Position numbers and translations under genes: made by a program. From assembly GCA_037200905.1 (NCBI GenBank), contig JBBCGN010000001.1:25380-89379 (forward strand): a stretch of 64,000 bases of DNA, read 5' to 3'. Below, one piece after another: positions 10,262 to 22,599 of the stretch. This DNA comes from a bacterium (lineage in GTDB: Bacteria; Patescibacteriota; Minisyncoccia; Phycocordibacterales; UBA9973). How positions within the stretch are numbered: the stretch's first letter is position 1; each line of letters begins with the position of its first letter. Below the pieces are notes generated by a model, which did not search any database, was not told the origin of the DNA, and worked only from the letters and a program-made list of their open reading frames with translations.

Positions 10262-11709
10262 TTAGTCCTTGCGCAAAAATAACGGCGTTTCTGGATTGCG
10301 ATGACCTTTGATGAGAGCAAGAATCTTTTCCGAAGTCTCGGGCATAAGGCCTGCGAGGTGATATGCGATGTCGGCAAGGCCGCTGACCAGATTCGCGATG
10401 ATCTGCTTGGCTTCGTCAGGATCGGTCTTTACTAATTTGAACGGTTCCTTTTCCTGGATCAGGGCATCGAGTTCGCCGGCCCAGGACCAGATAATGTCCA
10501 TGGCTTTCTGGATATTATAGGTTTGGATATTATCTATGACATCAGCATCGTACTGCCCTTCGGATATTTCTACCGCACCTTCGAGATTCGTCGTCGCCAT
10601 CTTCATGATGCGGGAGGTGAGATTGCCGAGGCCGTTCGCGAGATTGGCGTTGTAGGCTTCTTTTACTTTATCAGGCGTGATGTCGCTGTCTTCAAAAGGA
10701 TTGCACATGACGAAGCAGGAAATATCTCACTGCTTCTGTGCCGTATTCCGCCACGAGATCGAGCGGATTGATGACATTGCCGAGAGACTTTGACATCTTC
10801 TGGCCCTGGGATGTGATGAAGCCGTGATAGACCACCTTGTCCGTATTCTTTATGCCTGCGGAAAAGAGCATGGCCTGCCACATCAGGGACTGAAAGCGCA
10901 CTTGGTCCTTGCCGGCCATCTGCACCCACTTCGCCCCTCCTGCCAGAATTTCTTGAAGTTGCCTTCCGCGTCTTCCGGCCAGCCGAGAGTAGAGATGTAG
11001 TTCGTAAGAGCGTCGAACCAGACGTACATGACCTGCGCATCGTCGCCAGGCACCGGCACGCCCCAGGAAAGCCTTTCCTTTTCACGGGAAATACTGAAAT
11101 CTTCCAGTCCGCCTTTGACGAAATTGATGGCTTCTTCCCTGCGCCAGTCAGGCTGAATAACATCAGGCTGCAATAGATATGCAAGAAGCTGTTCCTGATA
11201 TCTGCTGAATTTAAAAAAATAGTTCTCTTCCTTGAGCGTCTGTATCTCGAGATGCGGATGGATGAGGCAATGGCCGCTTTCGTCGAGATCCTTTTCCAGT
11301 CTTGAAGGCTTCGCAGCCGACGCAATACTGGCCCTCATAGGCCTTTTTTATAGATATCGCCCGCAGCATCGCAGCGCTTCCAGATCTCTTGGGCAAGCAA
11401 GCGACATGATGCTCGTCCGTCGTGCGCACGAAGTTGTCGACGGAAAGGGTTGAGGGCGTCTTTCAGCTTGCGGAACTCTGCCGCATAATAGTCGACGTAG
11501 TCCTTCACCTCCTTTCCTGCTTTTTCCGCCGCTTCGTATATCTTCTGTCCGTGCTCGTCGGTACCGGTAGAGAAAAAAACTTCCTGTCCCATGAGCCTGC
11601 GGTAACGCGCTATCGCATCAGCAGCTACGACTTCGAGCGCAAATCCGACATGCGGATCGGAATTCACGTACGGCAGAGTGGTAGTAATGTAAAAATTATT
11701 TTGCTTCAT
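10262..11709 (-). CDS. metG: methionyl-tRNA synthetase (at least 3 frameshifts)
   Basis: Four collinear fragments: YITTTLPYVNSDPHVGF (HIGH region), ..WGVPVPGDDAQVMYVWFDALTNY.., KMSKSLGNVINP, and the anticodon-binding C-terminus. Confidence 0.85.
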
Positions 11710-11712
11710 CGC

Positions 11713-12774
11713 TTATTCGCGTAGAGACTTTACGCTCTCGATGTCGTTCGTCAATTCCATGATGAACACGGCCACGGGGATGGAAAGGACCATGCCCCAG
11801 AAGCCGCCGAGCTCGAAGCCGATGAGCACCGAGAGGATGACCACGAGCGGCGTGAGCCCCACCACGCGCTTGATGATGAGCGGCGTGAAGAGGAAGGTCT
11901 CGAACTGGTGGACGATGAGGTACGAGCCCGCCACGATGAGGGCCATGGAGATGCCCCCAGAGGAGATACGAGAACGCGATAGCGGGGAAAGACCGCGATG
12001 ATCACGCCGTACGGCACGAGCTGCATGATGCCGGCGATGATGGCCAAGAGGAGCGCGTATTGGATGCCGATGAGCGACAATATCAGATACAGCAGCACGG
12101 CGATGATGAGACTGATCAGCATCTGGCCCTTGACCCACAAGGCTATTTTCTTGCGCGAGCGCTCCCACAGGTCGACGGCGTAATTCTCGTATTTTATCGG
12201 CAGGATGATGCGCAGGAAATTCTCGATACCCTTCTCCTGCACGGGAAAGATAGAACGAGATGATGACGATGAGCACGACGTTGAAGAAGTTCCCGAAGGC
12301 CGCGGAAAGAGTCTGGAAGAATCCGCCGGAGAGGTTCGTGATGAAGGCTTTGGACGTGTCGAGAAGCGTGGTGAGAGACAGGCTGTGCGAGAGGTTGTTG
12401 ATGATGTCTTTCGCCCCCGAGAACGCGTCGTTCTGGAAGTAATTGATGATGGAAGAATTCGGTATATAGGTAGAGAGGAATGTCGAGAAATTGTACACCT
12501 CGGTGATGAGGAGCGGCGCGAAGAGGTAGAACACGCCGGCGAGCGCGAGAATCGAAAGCACATAGAGGATGACGATGCCGAGACCCGTCCGATGCCGAAG
12601 CGCTTCCAGAACGGCACGGTGGATTCGACGAATGATGCGAGGACGATGGACGTGAGCACGATGAGCATCAGGTCCCGCAAGTACCAGACGAGGAAGAAGC
12701 CGAGCGCCACGAGGGAAGACGCGGATGATGGAACCGGTAGATATCGAAATGCGAGTCACTGAATTCTTCTCCAT
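11713..12774 (-). CDS. AI-2E family transporter (PerM-like), frameshifted
   Basis: TM-rich fragments in two frames, with the C-terminal ...GFWGMVLSIPVAVFIMEL typical of AI-2E permeases. Confidence 0.7.
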   Translation of the reverse strand: MEKNSVTRISISTGSIIRVFPRGARLLPRLVLAGPDAHRAHVHRPRIIRRIHRAVLEALRHRTGLGIVILYVLSILALAGVFYLFAPLLITEVYNFSTFLSTYIPNSSIINYFQNDAFSGAKDIINNLSHSLSLTTLLDTSKAFITNLSGGFFQTLSAAFGNFFNVVLIVIISFYLSRAGEGYREFPAHHPADKIRELRRRPVGALAQENSLVGQGPDADQSHHRRAAVSDIVAHRHPIRAPLGHHRRHHAARAVRRDHRGLSPLSRSRISSGGISMALIVAGSYLIVHQFETFLFTPLIIKRVVGLTPLVVILSVLIGFELGGFWGMVLSIPVAVFIMELTNDIESVKSLRE

Positions 12775-12821
12775 GAAAACATCATACCACAGGAGCCTGC
12801 GAATACGAGAACTGTCCTAGA

Positions 12822-14087
12822 ACGTGAGGATTTTTGAGAACTTCGCCTTATCCTTGAACGGCCCGATCAGGGCGAGGTTGAGGTTCTTATCAGTGAAAAT
12901 CTTCCTGGCCATGGCCTGTATCTCGGCCGCGGTGACCTTGCGGATTTCCTTTGCCTTGTCCTCGATGTTCTTCAGCTCGCGCTTCAGGAGCTCCTGCCCG
13001 CCGTAGAAATTGGCGATATCGTCGCTCGACTCGAGCGAGAGCTTGGTGTTGCCGATGAGGCATTCCCTTCACCTTTTCGAGCTCGTCTTCGCTGATTTTT
13101 TTATCCTTGAGCTTTTTGCATTCGAGAAGCACGGCCTTAATGACTTCATTGATGCGCTTGTTGTCCCACGCCGGCCGCCACCTCGAAGAAGCCGTGGTCG
13201 GTGTAGGCGTCGTTATACGCGCGGACATAATACCCTACGCCCATCTCCTCGCGAAGCTTTTGGAAGAGGCGCGAGCTCATGCCGCCGCCGAGGACGCCGC
13301 CGAGCACCGAGAGCACGGCATTGTTCTTGCTGAAAAGATCATAGGTGCGCATAGCAAGGACGAAATGCGTCTGGTCGGTCTTCTTGTATTTCACCATCAC
13401 CTCTGGCTTTGACTGATGTTCTTTGACTTTCAGCTTTGAGAGTTTCGTGCCCCGAGAAACAGTGCCGAAAACTTTTGTAGCTTCCTTGAGAACTTCTTTT
13501 TCTGTCACCTGCCCTGCTACGACAATGACGGTGGCTTCCGGCAGATAATGGTTCTTCTTGTAGCTGGTGAAATTGTCCCGCTTCATGGCGAGGATGTTCT
13601 TGCGCTCTCCGGCGATGTTCCATCCTGCCGGCTGATCGCCATAGAGGAGTTCCATGATCAGATCCTGCACGTGCCTGTTCGGCATATCCTCGTACATGTT
13701 GATCTCCTCGATGATGACGCCTTTCTCTTTTTCTATTTCCGCATCGGGAAACGTCGAGTTCAGATAGATGTCGGAAACGATGTCAAAGATCTTCTTGAAA
13801 TGGCGGGCATCGCTCTTGGCATAGTAACCCGTATATTCCTGCGCGGTAAAAGCATTGTACTGGCTGCCGAGGGCGTCGAGCTCCTTGGAGATATCGATGG
13901 CCTTCGGGCGCCTGACGGTGCCCTTGAAGCACATGTGCTCGAGAAAATGCGACAGGCCGTTCTCGGCCTTTGTCTCGTATTTGGAGCCCGCTTCGACGAG
14001 CACGAGCACGGTCGCAGTCGGATTGTCCTTCATCGGCACGGTGACGACCCGCAGGCCGTTCTTCAAAACTTTCTTGGAAAACTTCAT
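12822..14087 (-). CDS. M16-family zinc peptidase (frameshifted)
   Basis: HFLEHM (the HxxEH zinc motif) near the N-terminus. The C-terminal domain continues in 12890..13228 and down to the stop at about 12824. Confidence 0.75.
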
Positions 14088-14105
14088 CTTATATTTTTTC
14101 TCTTA

Positions 14106-15443
14106 TGTATTTTATTAAATCAGCGACCTGTATCCTCTCTTGAGTCCCGGTTATCGCGGTCGCGCACGGTAACCGTATCTTTATTTTCCGGATTCTCTTC
14201 GCCGAGCGGTATCGAAATCTACGACGATGCACCACGGCGTGCCGATCTCGTCCTGCCTGCGGTTAGCGCTTGCCGATGTTTGCCGTTATCGTCCCAGGCC
14301 ACGCGGCCCGAATTCCTTCTTGAGCGGTTTCGAAAACTTTCTTCTCGGCATACTCCACGAGCTCTGGCTTGTTTTTCAGCAATGGCGACAACCGCGCAGA
14401 TGACCGGCGCGATGGAGGGCTTCAGCTTCAGATATTCGCGCACGTCCCCGTCCTTCTCATCTTCAGCGTACGCGGAAACCAAGAGAGCGAGGAACGCCCT
14501 GTCGAGGCCCGAATGACGGCTCGATGACGTGCGGCACTATTTTTTTCGCATTCTCTTCATCGACATATTCGAGCTTGTGCGTATTCAAATCATAATCAGT
14601 ACGATACGCGAGGCCGAACAATTCCTTGCGGCCGAACGGATAATCGAACTCAAGATCGATTGTTTTCTTGGAATAAAACGCCCTGTCTTCATCGGGCACG
14701 ATGAGCTCGTGCACTTTTGTAGCATCGATACCTATCTCCTCGATCCAGGAGAGCATATCGCTCCTCCATGCATCAAAAGATTTTTCCCAATCATCCGGCC
14801 GGACAAAGTATTCTATTTCCATCTGCTCGAATTCTCGCTGTCTGAACAAAAAATCGCGCGGAGTTATTTCATTTCTGAACGCTTTGCCTATCTGGGCCAT
14901 GCCGAAAGGTAATTTAGGATGAAAAGCATCAACAGTATTCTTGAAATTCACGAACATGCCCTGTGCCGTCTCGGGGCGGAGATATGAGATGGCCGACGAG
15001 TCGTCCGATGCCCCCACTTTGGTCTGGAACATCATATTGAATTGTTTCGGTGCTCCAAGTACTTCCCCGTCATGAGGGCACAAAGGCATGTTACCGAGCA
15101 TTTTAAATCCGTCCAACTGATCTGCTCTGAATTTTGATCTGCATTTAGGACACTCTACCATCGGATCGGCAAAGTTTGCGACATGTCCTGTCGCTTGCCA
15201 GACTTCTTGCCGCATCAGGATGGCGGCATCCATGCCGTACATGTCGCGGCGCGAATCCACGAATTTCTTCCACCAGGACTGCTTGATATTGTTCTTGAGC
15301 GCGACGCCGAGATGCCCGTAGTCAAAAGTACCCGCCAGTCCCCCGTAGATTTCCGAGCCTTGAAAGGCGAAACCGCGCCTCTTGCACAGAGACACGATCT
15401 TTTCCATCAGCATATCGGTTTTTGTAGTTTGCTTGTCAGCCAT
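14106..15443 (-). CDS. glyQS: glycyl-tRNA synthetase (dimeric class II type), frameshifted
   Basis: N-terminus MEKIVSLCKRRGFAFQGSEIYGG. The C-terminus, recovered across shifts, reads ..[28 protein letters not shown]... Confidence 0.85.
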
Positions 15444-15455
15444 AGCCAGAAGTCA

Positions 15456-17379
15456 TTACTGCTCTACCACCCTGCCTCCGCCGAGCGGGAACGTCGGATC
15501 GTTCGAAAGCTGCGAGCTCAAGGCGTTCCTGCTCACTCGTACGTTCACCTTAGCAAAATCGTCAAAGCCAGTCAAAACGGCATCATTGATGATGGACGGC
15601 GCGCTGTTGAGCTGCGAGAGCGAAGGCAGGAGCGCGACCTGGAAAGAAACCTCCTTGCCGCTCGCGCCGGCTCCGACATTCTTCGGTATGCTGCCGATGT
15701 TCCATGTTATCTGCTTGGTGCCCGCATCGTACTTGAGGTCCTCGCTCGCCGGCGAAGTGGTGCCGACGAAACGCACCCATGGCGGCAGCGACGAAGTCAC
15801 CCTTGCCTGGGAGATGCTGTTGGTGGTGTTGGAAAGGCTCCAGACGACGGTATAGGTCGTCTCTTTTTCCGCGACCGGCGGGTATCGGGCCGGTATTCTT
15901 GAAGGGTCCGCTATAATAGAGGGCTTTGGTAGCAAGGCCGAGACTGGACGTGATGCGGACGATCTGCGAATCGGTGCTGTTGACCTCTTTGACGGCATTG
16001 CCCTCGAGCGGCTGCTTGCCGGTGATTGAGATCTCGATATTGATGGCCGGATCGGTCAGCATGTCGACGGAAGCGAGCGGAGAGAATCGGAAGACGAGCG
16101 AGCCGGAAGCGCCGGGGTCGATCTGCGCGAACTGGTTCCGGAAGTTCTTGTCCCAGATGATGGCATTGTCCACGGAGTTATAGAACCCCCCGTTCGCGTC
16201 GATGGACTTCCTGTCCAGAGCGTTGCCGGTGATGGTGGCGCGGACCTGGACGTCGTTGACCGGCGTGTCGAGATTGTTCACCCAGCGGATCTCCCCCGTG
16301 ATCAGCGTGCGGGTATCGCTGGCGTATTCTTTCTGATAGACGCCGTTCACGTACAGCTTTGCCTCGATGAAGGGCTTCTTGATGGCGACGACATGCTCGA
16401 TGGCGTTGAAGACCACTCCGACGACCGATTTGTCGGCGCTCGACTGCGAGCCGCTCGTCACGTGAAAGGTCTTTTCTTCCCCGTCGAAGACGTCTATCAT
16501 CTTGCCGGTGATGGTGATGGTCCGATCCGCGCCCGGCGCGAGCGTGCCGAGATCCCAGACGTCGTCGTCGTACGTCGGCTTGGGAGTGGCGGACTCGAAT
16601 TGGAAGCCGAACGGATAATCGAGCTTCATGAGGATGCCGTCCATGGGCTTGGTGGCATTGAGCACTTCCTTGACGCTGAAGGTGAGCTCCTGATTCGGAC
16701 TGATTTCCGCCGGCGCGTCCATGGAGAGGCTGATCGGCGAAGAATTGATGGAGACGTCGTAGGGCTTTTCCTTGACGAAGATGGCGTTCGAGCCGGCTAC
16801 GCGGTATTCGACGGAAATCTTGATCTCGCGGGTGCTGCCCTGCTCGCCGTAGAGCACCACTTTCAGGCTGTCGTTCTTGGTGGCGCCGGCGGCGATGGTG
16901 CCGAGGGACTCGCGGAAGCGCTCGGTATCCTTCGTAGCATCGCTCGAACCGCCTTTCGGATACTCGACGACGAGGTCGACGAGCTCGAGCGGCGAGCTGT
17001 TCCTGTTCGTGACGCCGATGACGAGCGGGAACTCTTCCCCGCCGGTGGCAAAGGCGTTGCCCACCACCGAGATGTCGATATTGTCGTTCGAGACGGTATT
17101 GCCGCCCGCGAAATACATGTAGGCGGCATAGCCGAGGGCCAGGACGAAGAAGATGATGGAGAATATGAAAAACTTCCTATATGCGGATTTCTTGGCGACA
17201 TACTGGGCCCGTCCGGCCGTGCCCGCGCCCTTTCCGGCCCAGGCGTCGGGTACGCTCTTTTTTTGCAGGGAGAAATCGTCCAAGCCCTTGGTCTCGGCAT
17301 GGTAATTCTTGGTGAAGAGTTTGTTCTTGAGTTCCTCGATCCTGTTCAGTTTGTCCTGATCGCTTTCATGGGGCGGCAT
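15456..17379 (-). CDS. hypothetical protein of about 640 aa with one N-terminal TM helix and a large extracytoplasmic repeat-rich domain (one frameshift)
   Basis: Start MPPHESDQDK; TM helix FFIFSIIFFVLALGYAAYMYF; beta-rich repeated domains continue into the 15456..15998 frame. Confidence 0.6.
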
Positions 17380-17989
17380 GAAATAATTGTACCATAAATC
17401 AGAGATGAGTTTTCCTTGAGGGTTTTGTTGATCAGAGAGAGCACGGATACTCTCTGCTTGGAGACTTCCTGCATGAGGGCCATCTCGAGCGGCGAGCGGA
17501 TGAGGTTCATGAGCGTCTCGTTGCCGCCGATGTAGCCCAAGTTGCTCAAGATGCGGAGCACGATGACCGCTTCGACATTGGCGAGCTCTTCCTTGGCGGG
17601 GTGACAGTCTGGAGGATGGAAAGGCCCTGCATGACGTCTTCGAAGAGCGCCGGATTCGCCTCCTCACCGGCGAGCAGGCGCTTGAGGAGGCGAGTAATAT
17701 TCGAGAGCGCGGAAAAAGTATTAGTATTGCGCGCGAGATTTTCGAGTATGGCGGTCTTCGAAGCGCTCGTCACCCGCCAGAAATCCTTGCCCTGCACGAA
17801 GTCTATCTTCACGTACGAGAAATCCTGCAGTATATAGCGCAATTTCGACGACATCTTGCGCACGCCCTGCGCCGAAGCGATGAGCAGGCCCAGGTCGCGG
17901 GTGAAAAAGTGATAATATTTGCCCGATTCGCCGCTATTGCGGCTGGAGAGTATCAGTCCTTCGGTGTGGTGAATCTGGTGCATGTGCAC
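17346..17989 (-). CDS. recO: DNA repair protein RecO (frameshifted)
   Basis: TEGLILSSRNSGESGKYYHFFTRDLGLLIASAQGVRK... N-terminal OB domain; the C-terminus lies in another frame. Confidence 0.7.
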
Positions 17990-18592
17990 CTATTGTAACA
18001 CGCTCTCTACGGCGCCGATCAGTTCTCTCGGATCTTCAATGATAGCTGCAGGATCGCCTTTTTCCAGGCTTTCCCTGCCGTGCTGACCCCAGAGCACTCC
18101 GATCGATGGCACTCCGCAATCGCTCGCTTCGCGCATATCGCCGAGCGTATCCGTGATGAATACCGTGTTTTCAGGCATAATGGCATGCATTTCCAGAAGC
18201 TTTTTTATCTTAACTACCTTACTCTTGGCGATATCGGCACCCATAATATCGCTGAAGCATTCCCGCACCCCTTCTTTTGCCAAAAATGCGTCGATATATC
18301 TGCTCGGCGTCGAAGAGACGATAGCGAGATATATTTTCTGCGACAGAAATCGCACGGATTCGCGCAGTATTTCCTGAATGCTCATGGTAACGAGGTTTGC
18401 ATTGTACTTTTCGCCGAAATTTTCAGGTACGACATACCCCGCATCAAGTTCTTTTTGCAGTCCTTCATGAAAATTTCCGTTAGCCCATGAATCAAAACGT
18501 TCACGAGAAAGGTCGGGATTCAATTCCGTATGAATGTTATAGCTTCCGTCGAGCGTGTTCACCAGCACGCCGTCGAAATCGAACATCACCAA
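17990..18592 (-). CDS. HAD-superfamily hydrolase
   Basis: MVMFDFDGVLVNT, the DxDGV motif. Confidence 0.7.
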   Translation of the reverse strand: MVMFDFDGVLVNTLDGSYNIHTELNPDLSRERFDSWANGNFHEGLQKELDAGYVVPENFGEKYNANLVTMSIQEILRESVRFLSQKIYLAIVSSTPSRYIDAFLAKEGVRECFSDIMGADIAKSKVVKIKKLLEMHAIMPENTVFITDTLGDMREASDCGVPSIGVLWGQHGRESLEKGDPAAIIEDPRELIGAVESVLQ

Positions 18593-19033
18593 TTTTTTAG
18601 GCTGATCGTTATTTTTTTAGATTCGTATTCATCGAGATATGCTTTGGCTTGTTTCAATACTTCCTTGTTATTGTCATAGGTCAACGCAGCAAAAGCTTCA
18701 TCATATGAAGCCCATTTATATGCTTTGATTTCCTCCTCTTGTATTTTAACTGCATCACTCGATGCAAAACCGACACAATACTGCACTATCTTGTGAAAGA
18801 TTTTTCCCTCTCCCCAATCAAATGTGTACTCTTCAAGAATCGGCGGCACATCTATAAAACGGCAACGTGTGATTCCTGTCTCTTCTTCAAGCTCACGGAT
18901 AACAGTTTCCATTGCCGTTTCTCCGCCTTCATGCGTGACCCTTCGGAAAACCCCAGTGTCCTGCAGTCTGCTGTATGATCAGGAATTTATTTTCAAATAC
19001 CACTATTGCGCCGAATGATCTGTCTTCCGTCAT
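18586..19033 (-). CDS. NUDIX hydrolase (one frameshift)
   Basis: Nudix box ..GHA..GETAMETVIRELEEETGI. The start ATG overlaps the ileS stop (ATGA). Confidence 0.75.
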
Positions 19034-22000
19034 TTTAGCAATGTTACTTTAAAGATCAAATCGCCAATCTTGATTTCTGCGCTATTATTCTCTTCGAAAG
19101 ATATTTTTTTCGCTCCGACAGTCTTCAAGAAATCCGATTCGAACTTCTTCACCAGTTTTTCTCCTTCTGTGTCAGTTCCGATAGTCAAAGCAATGGCATC
19201 GTTCGGCTGCAGACCTTCTTTCTTGCGCAGATCTGCACGGCGCGGACCAGTTCGCGATAATTCCCTTCTTGTTTCAGCTCGGGAGTGATGTTGAGATCTA
19301 GCCGTACAATGCCTTCTGTCGGTTGCTCATACGTTTCAAAATCTGGCTCAACTTTTTTTTACATTTACTTCATCTTTAATAATCTCTACAAGTTCTGGCA
19401 TATGAGGGATATCACTTGATTGATATTTAACTTTCAATACTGAGAGAGGCTGTCTAACCTTTATATTCTTTTCTTGCCTTAACTTTAGGGCTTCTGAAAC
19501 AATATCGCGAACATGTCTCATAGTTTCAATTGAAGCAGTATCTATTGGGAGAAACTAGCAATGGCCAATCAGTGAGATGCACGCTTTCGACATCCGTTTC
19601 CGTGCGGAGCCTGGTCCATATATCCTCGGCCGAGAACGGCGCGAGCGGCGCCATGAGCTTTGCCAGATTTTTCAGCACGAAATAGAGCGTCTGCTTCGCT
19701 TCCACATCCCCTTCCTTGATGCGCTCGCGAGGAGCGACGCAAGTACCAGGTGGAAAGGTCATCGATAAATTCGCGGATGGCGCGGGTCGGCTCGAGCAGC
19801 TTGAAATTGTCGAGATGCGTCGTCGAAAGCTCGATCAATTGGTTCAACCTCGCTACGATCCATTTGTCGAGAACATTTTTGAGGATATGTCATTCGTCTC
19901 CAATTCCTTGTCTCTGTATAATTCATAAAATGCCAGTACGTTGTACAGGAGATTGAAGACCTTGTTGTGAAGCTCGGCCACGGTCTTCTCGTCAAAATTC
20001 TTCGATTCACCCGGCTGGTTGACCGAGGTACATCCACATGCGGAGGGTGTCCACACCGTATGTATCCATCATGAGCCACGGATCGATGACATTGCCGAGA
20101 GACTTCGACATCTTCTTGCCGTCGCGGTCGAGCAAGTGCCCGAGGCAGATGACGTTTTTGTACGCCTTGCCGCGGCCCATGAGCACGCCGACGGCATGGA
20201 GCGTATAGAACCAGCCGCGAGTCTGGTCGATGGCTTCCGAGATGAAGTCCGCCGGATAGCCCGCGCCTTCCACCCAGTCCTTGTTCTCGAACGGATAATG
20301 ATCCTGCGCGAACGGCATAGCGCCCGAGTCGAACCACACGTCCATGACTTCCTTGACGCGAGCCATGGCTTGCCCGTTCTCGTCTACCAGATCCACATGG
20401 TCGATGTACGGACGATGCAGGTCGAGCTCCCAGTTGTCATTGTGAGGGAACGGCACATACGGCGCTTCGCGGATATCAGCGTTCTCGAAATAGTGGAAAT
20501 CCTTCTTATCGCGCACCATCTCGAGAGAGCGTTCGGCGTCGTAGCCGTGCGTGCCGGCCAAGAGGAGCCAGGCCGGGCCGCCGTGCGTCACGATCAGGAT
20601 ATTCTTCCCCTGCCATTTTATCTCCACATCATGGATGAAGTTCATCATCCAGTTCTTTACCGTGTTATATGATTCTCCGCCTTCGGGCGCGCGGTCGAAA
20701 TTCTCGGCCGTCTTCGGGAAATCTTCATGGAATTTGTGCCACGTGCCGCCGTTGTATACGCCGATATCCACTTCGCGCAAGCGCTCGTCGAAGAGCAGGG
20801 CTTCGGCGGGCAGACCCAGGCCGTCGTGTATGATTTGCGCCGTCTCGGTGGTGCGCACGAACGGCGAAGAGATGATGAGATCGATACCGGCTTCCTTGAG
20901 CTTCGGCACTTGCGCGACTACTTGTTCCTTTCCTTTTTCAGTCAGGTGTACCGGCGCTTTCGGGTCGGCGCTCGCAATGCCTTTCAAGTTGTGCTCGGCC
21001 TCGCCATGGCGCATGACGAAATACTTGTTGCCGGACTTCTTGGCGTACTTCTTCAGCGTCGCCAGCGAATCGACGACGACCCTCTTCTTGTCGGCGGTTT
21101 CCCAGACCGGCAGCGGGGTGCCCCAATAGCGCTCGCGGGAGATAGCCCAGTCCTTGATGTCCTTCAGCCATTCGCCGAAGCGGCCGTCGCGGATATGCGA
21201 CGGTTCCCAATTTATTTCCTGATTCTGTGCTATCAGCTGTTCTTTTATCACCGGACTCGACATGCGGATATACCAGGAATCGCGGGCATAGTAGATGAGG
21301 GCGGTCTTGCAGCGCCAGCAGTGCGGATACGAGTGCTCGTATTTCTCTTTCTTGAAGAGCAGGCCTCTGTGCGCCAGATCCTTAATGATGTCCACGGCCA
21401 CTTCCTCGTCTTTCACGAAGCGGCCCTCGAGGAAACCCGTGCCTTTGACGAAATGTCCGGCTTCGTCGACGAGATGATGCTTCGGCAAGCCGATCTTGGT
21501 GCCGAGCACGAAGTCGTCCTGTCCGTACATCACGGCCGTGTGCACCACGCCGGTACCGTCTTCCGTGGTCACGAAATCCGCATCATAGACCTTGAAGGCT
21601 TTTGCCAAAGCTTCTTTCTGCGATTCCGGCACCTGTTCCTGCATGAATGGATACAGGGGTTCGTATTCGAGGCCGAGCAGATCTCTGCCGTATATTGTTT
21701 CCAGTTCTTCGTATTCGCCTTCAACGATACCGAGGCGCGCTTTGGCAAGAATCAAGATCTGTTCTTCTTTTTTTATCTTTACGTATTCTATTTTTTCTCC
21801 CACAGCGAGAGCGACATTACCCGGCAACGTCCACGGCGTCGTCGTCCAAGCCAGAATATAAGTATCTTCTTGGCCTTTCACCTTGAACTTCGCCGTCACC
21901 GACAAATCTTTGTCTATCTGGTACCCTTGCGCCAGCTCGTGCGAGGACAGCGCCGTACCGTCGCGCGGGCACCATGGCACCACGCGGTAATCCTTGTAGA

Positions 22001-22520
22001 GCAAGCCCTGCTCGTCCACCTTTTTCAATATGCTCCAGACGGATTCGATGTATTCGTTCTTGTACGTGATGTACGGATGCTTCTCGTCCACCCAGTAGCC
22101 CATGCGGCGGGTGAACTTGCTCCACATGTCCACGTATTCCCAGACGCTCTCGCGGCATTTCTGGTTGAACTCGGCGATGCCGTACTCGTCGATATCTTTC
22201 TTCGACTTGAAGCCGAGCGTCTTTTCCACCTGGAGCTCCACCGGCAGGCCGTGAGTGTCCCAGCCGCCTTTGCGGCGCACGTGGTAGCCGCGCATGGTGC
22301 GGTAGCGCGGAATGGCGTCCTTGAACGACCGGGCCTCCACGTGATGGATGCCCGGCTTGCCGTTCGCCGTCGGCGGGCCTTCGTAGAATATGAATTCCCC
22401 TTTCGGCGAAGGCTTCTTCAATGTCTCTTCGAATATATTGCGCTCTTTCCAGAACTCCAGGATTCGTTCTTCCTTGAGAGCCGCTTCGCTTTTTTTGTTT
22501 TCCATATTTTTTTCTTCCAT
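19030..22520 (-). CDS. ileS: isoleucyl-tRNA synthetase, type 2 (eukaryote-like), about 1160 aa, with an inserted histidine-phosphatase domain; several frameshifts in the C-terminal third
   Basis: PTANGKPGIHHV, WAISRERYWGTPLPVW, DVWFDSG, KMSKSLGNVIDP. The C-terminus ..DLRKKEGLQPNDAIALTIG.. is recovered across shifts. The PGAM-like insertion is at about 20480-21030. Confidence 0.9.
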
Positions 22521-22599
22521 ATAGATTACTATATTTTGACTTCGTTCAGATGTTATATAAATAAATTTATAAACAGCCCTCACTTGTCAAAATAAAATT

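Noticed and set aside
20727-22595. 622-aa plus-strand ORF
   Set aside because: A shadow ORF antisense to ileS; Arg/Ala-rich, typical of the opposite strand in GC-rich coding DNA. The same applies to 60676..62955 (antisense to pnp), 42536..43540 (pilC), 43809..44915 (pilB), 16393..17397, 12205..12762, 13548..14516 and 57455..58513.
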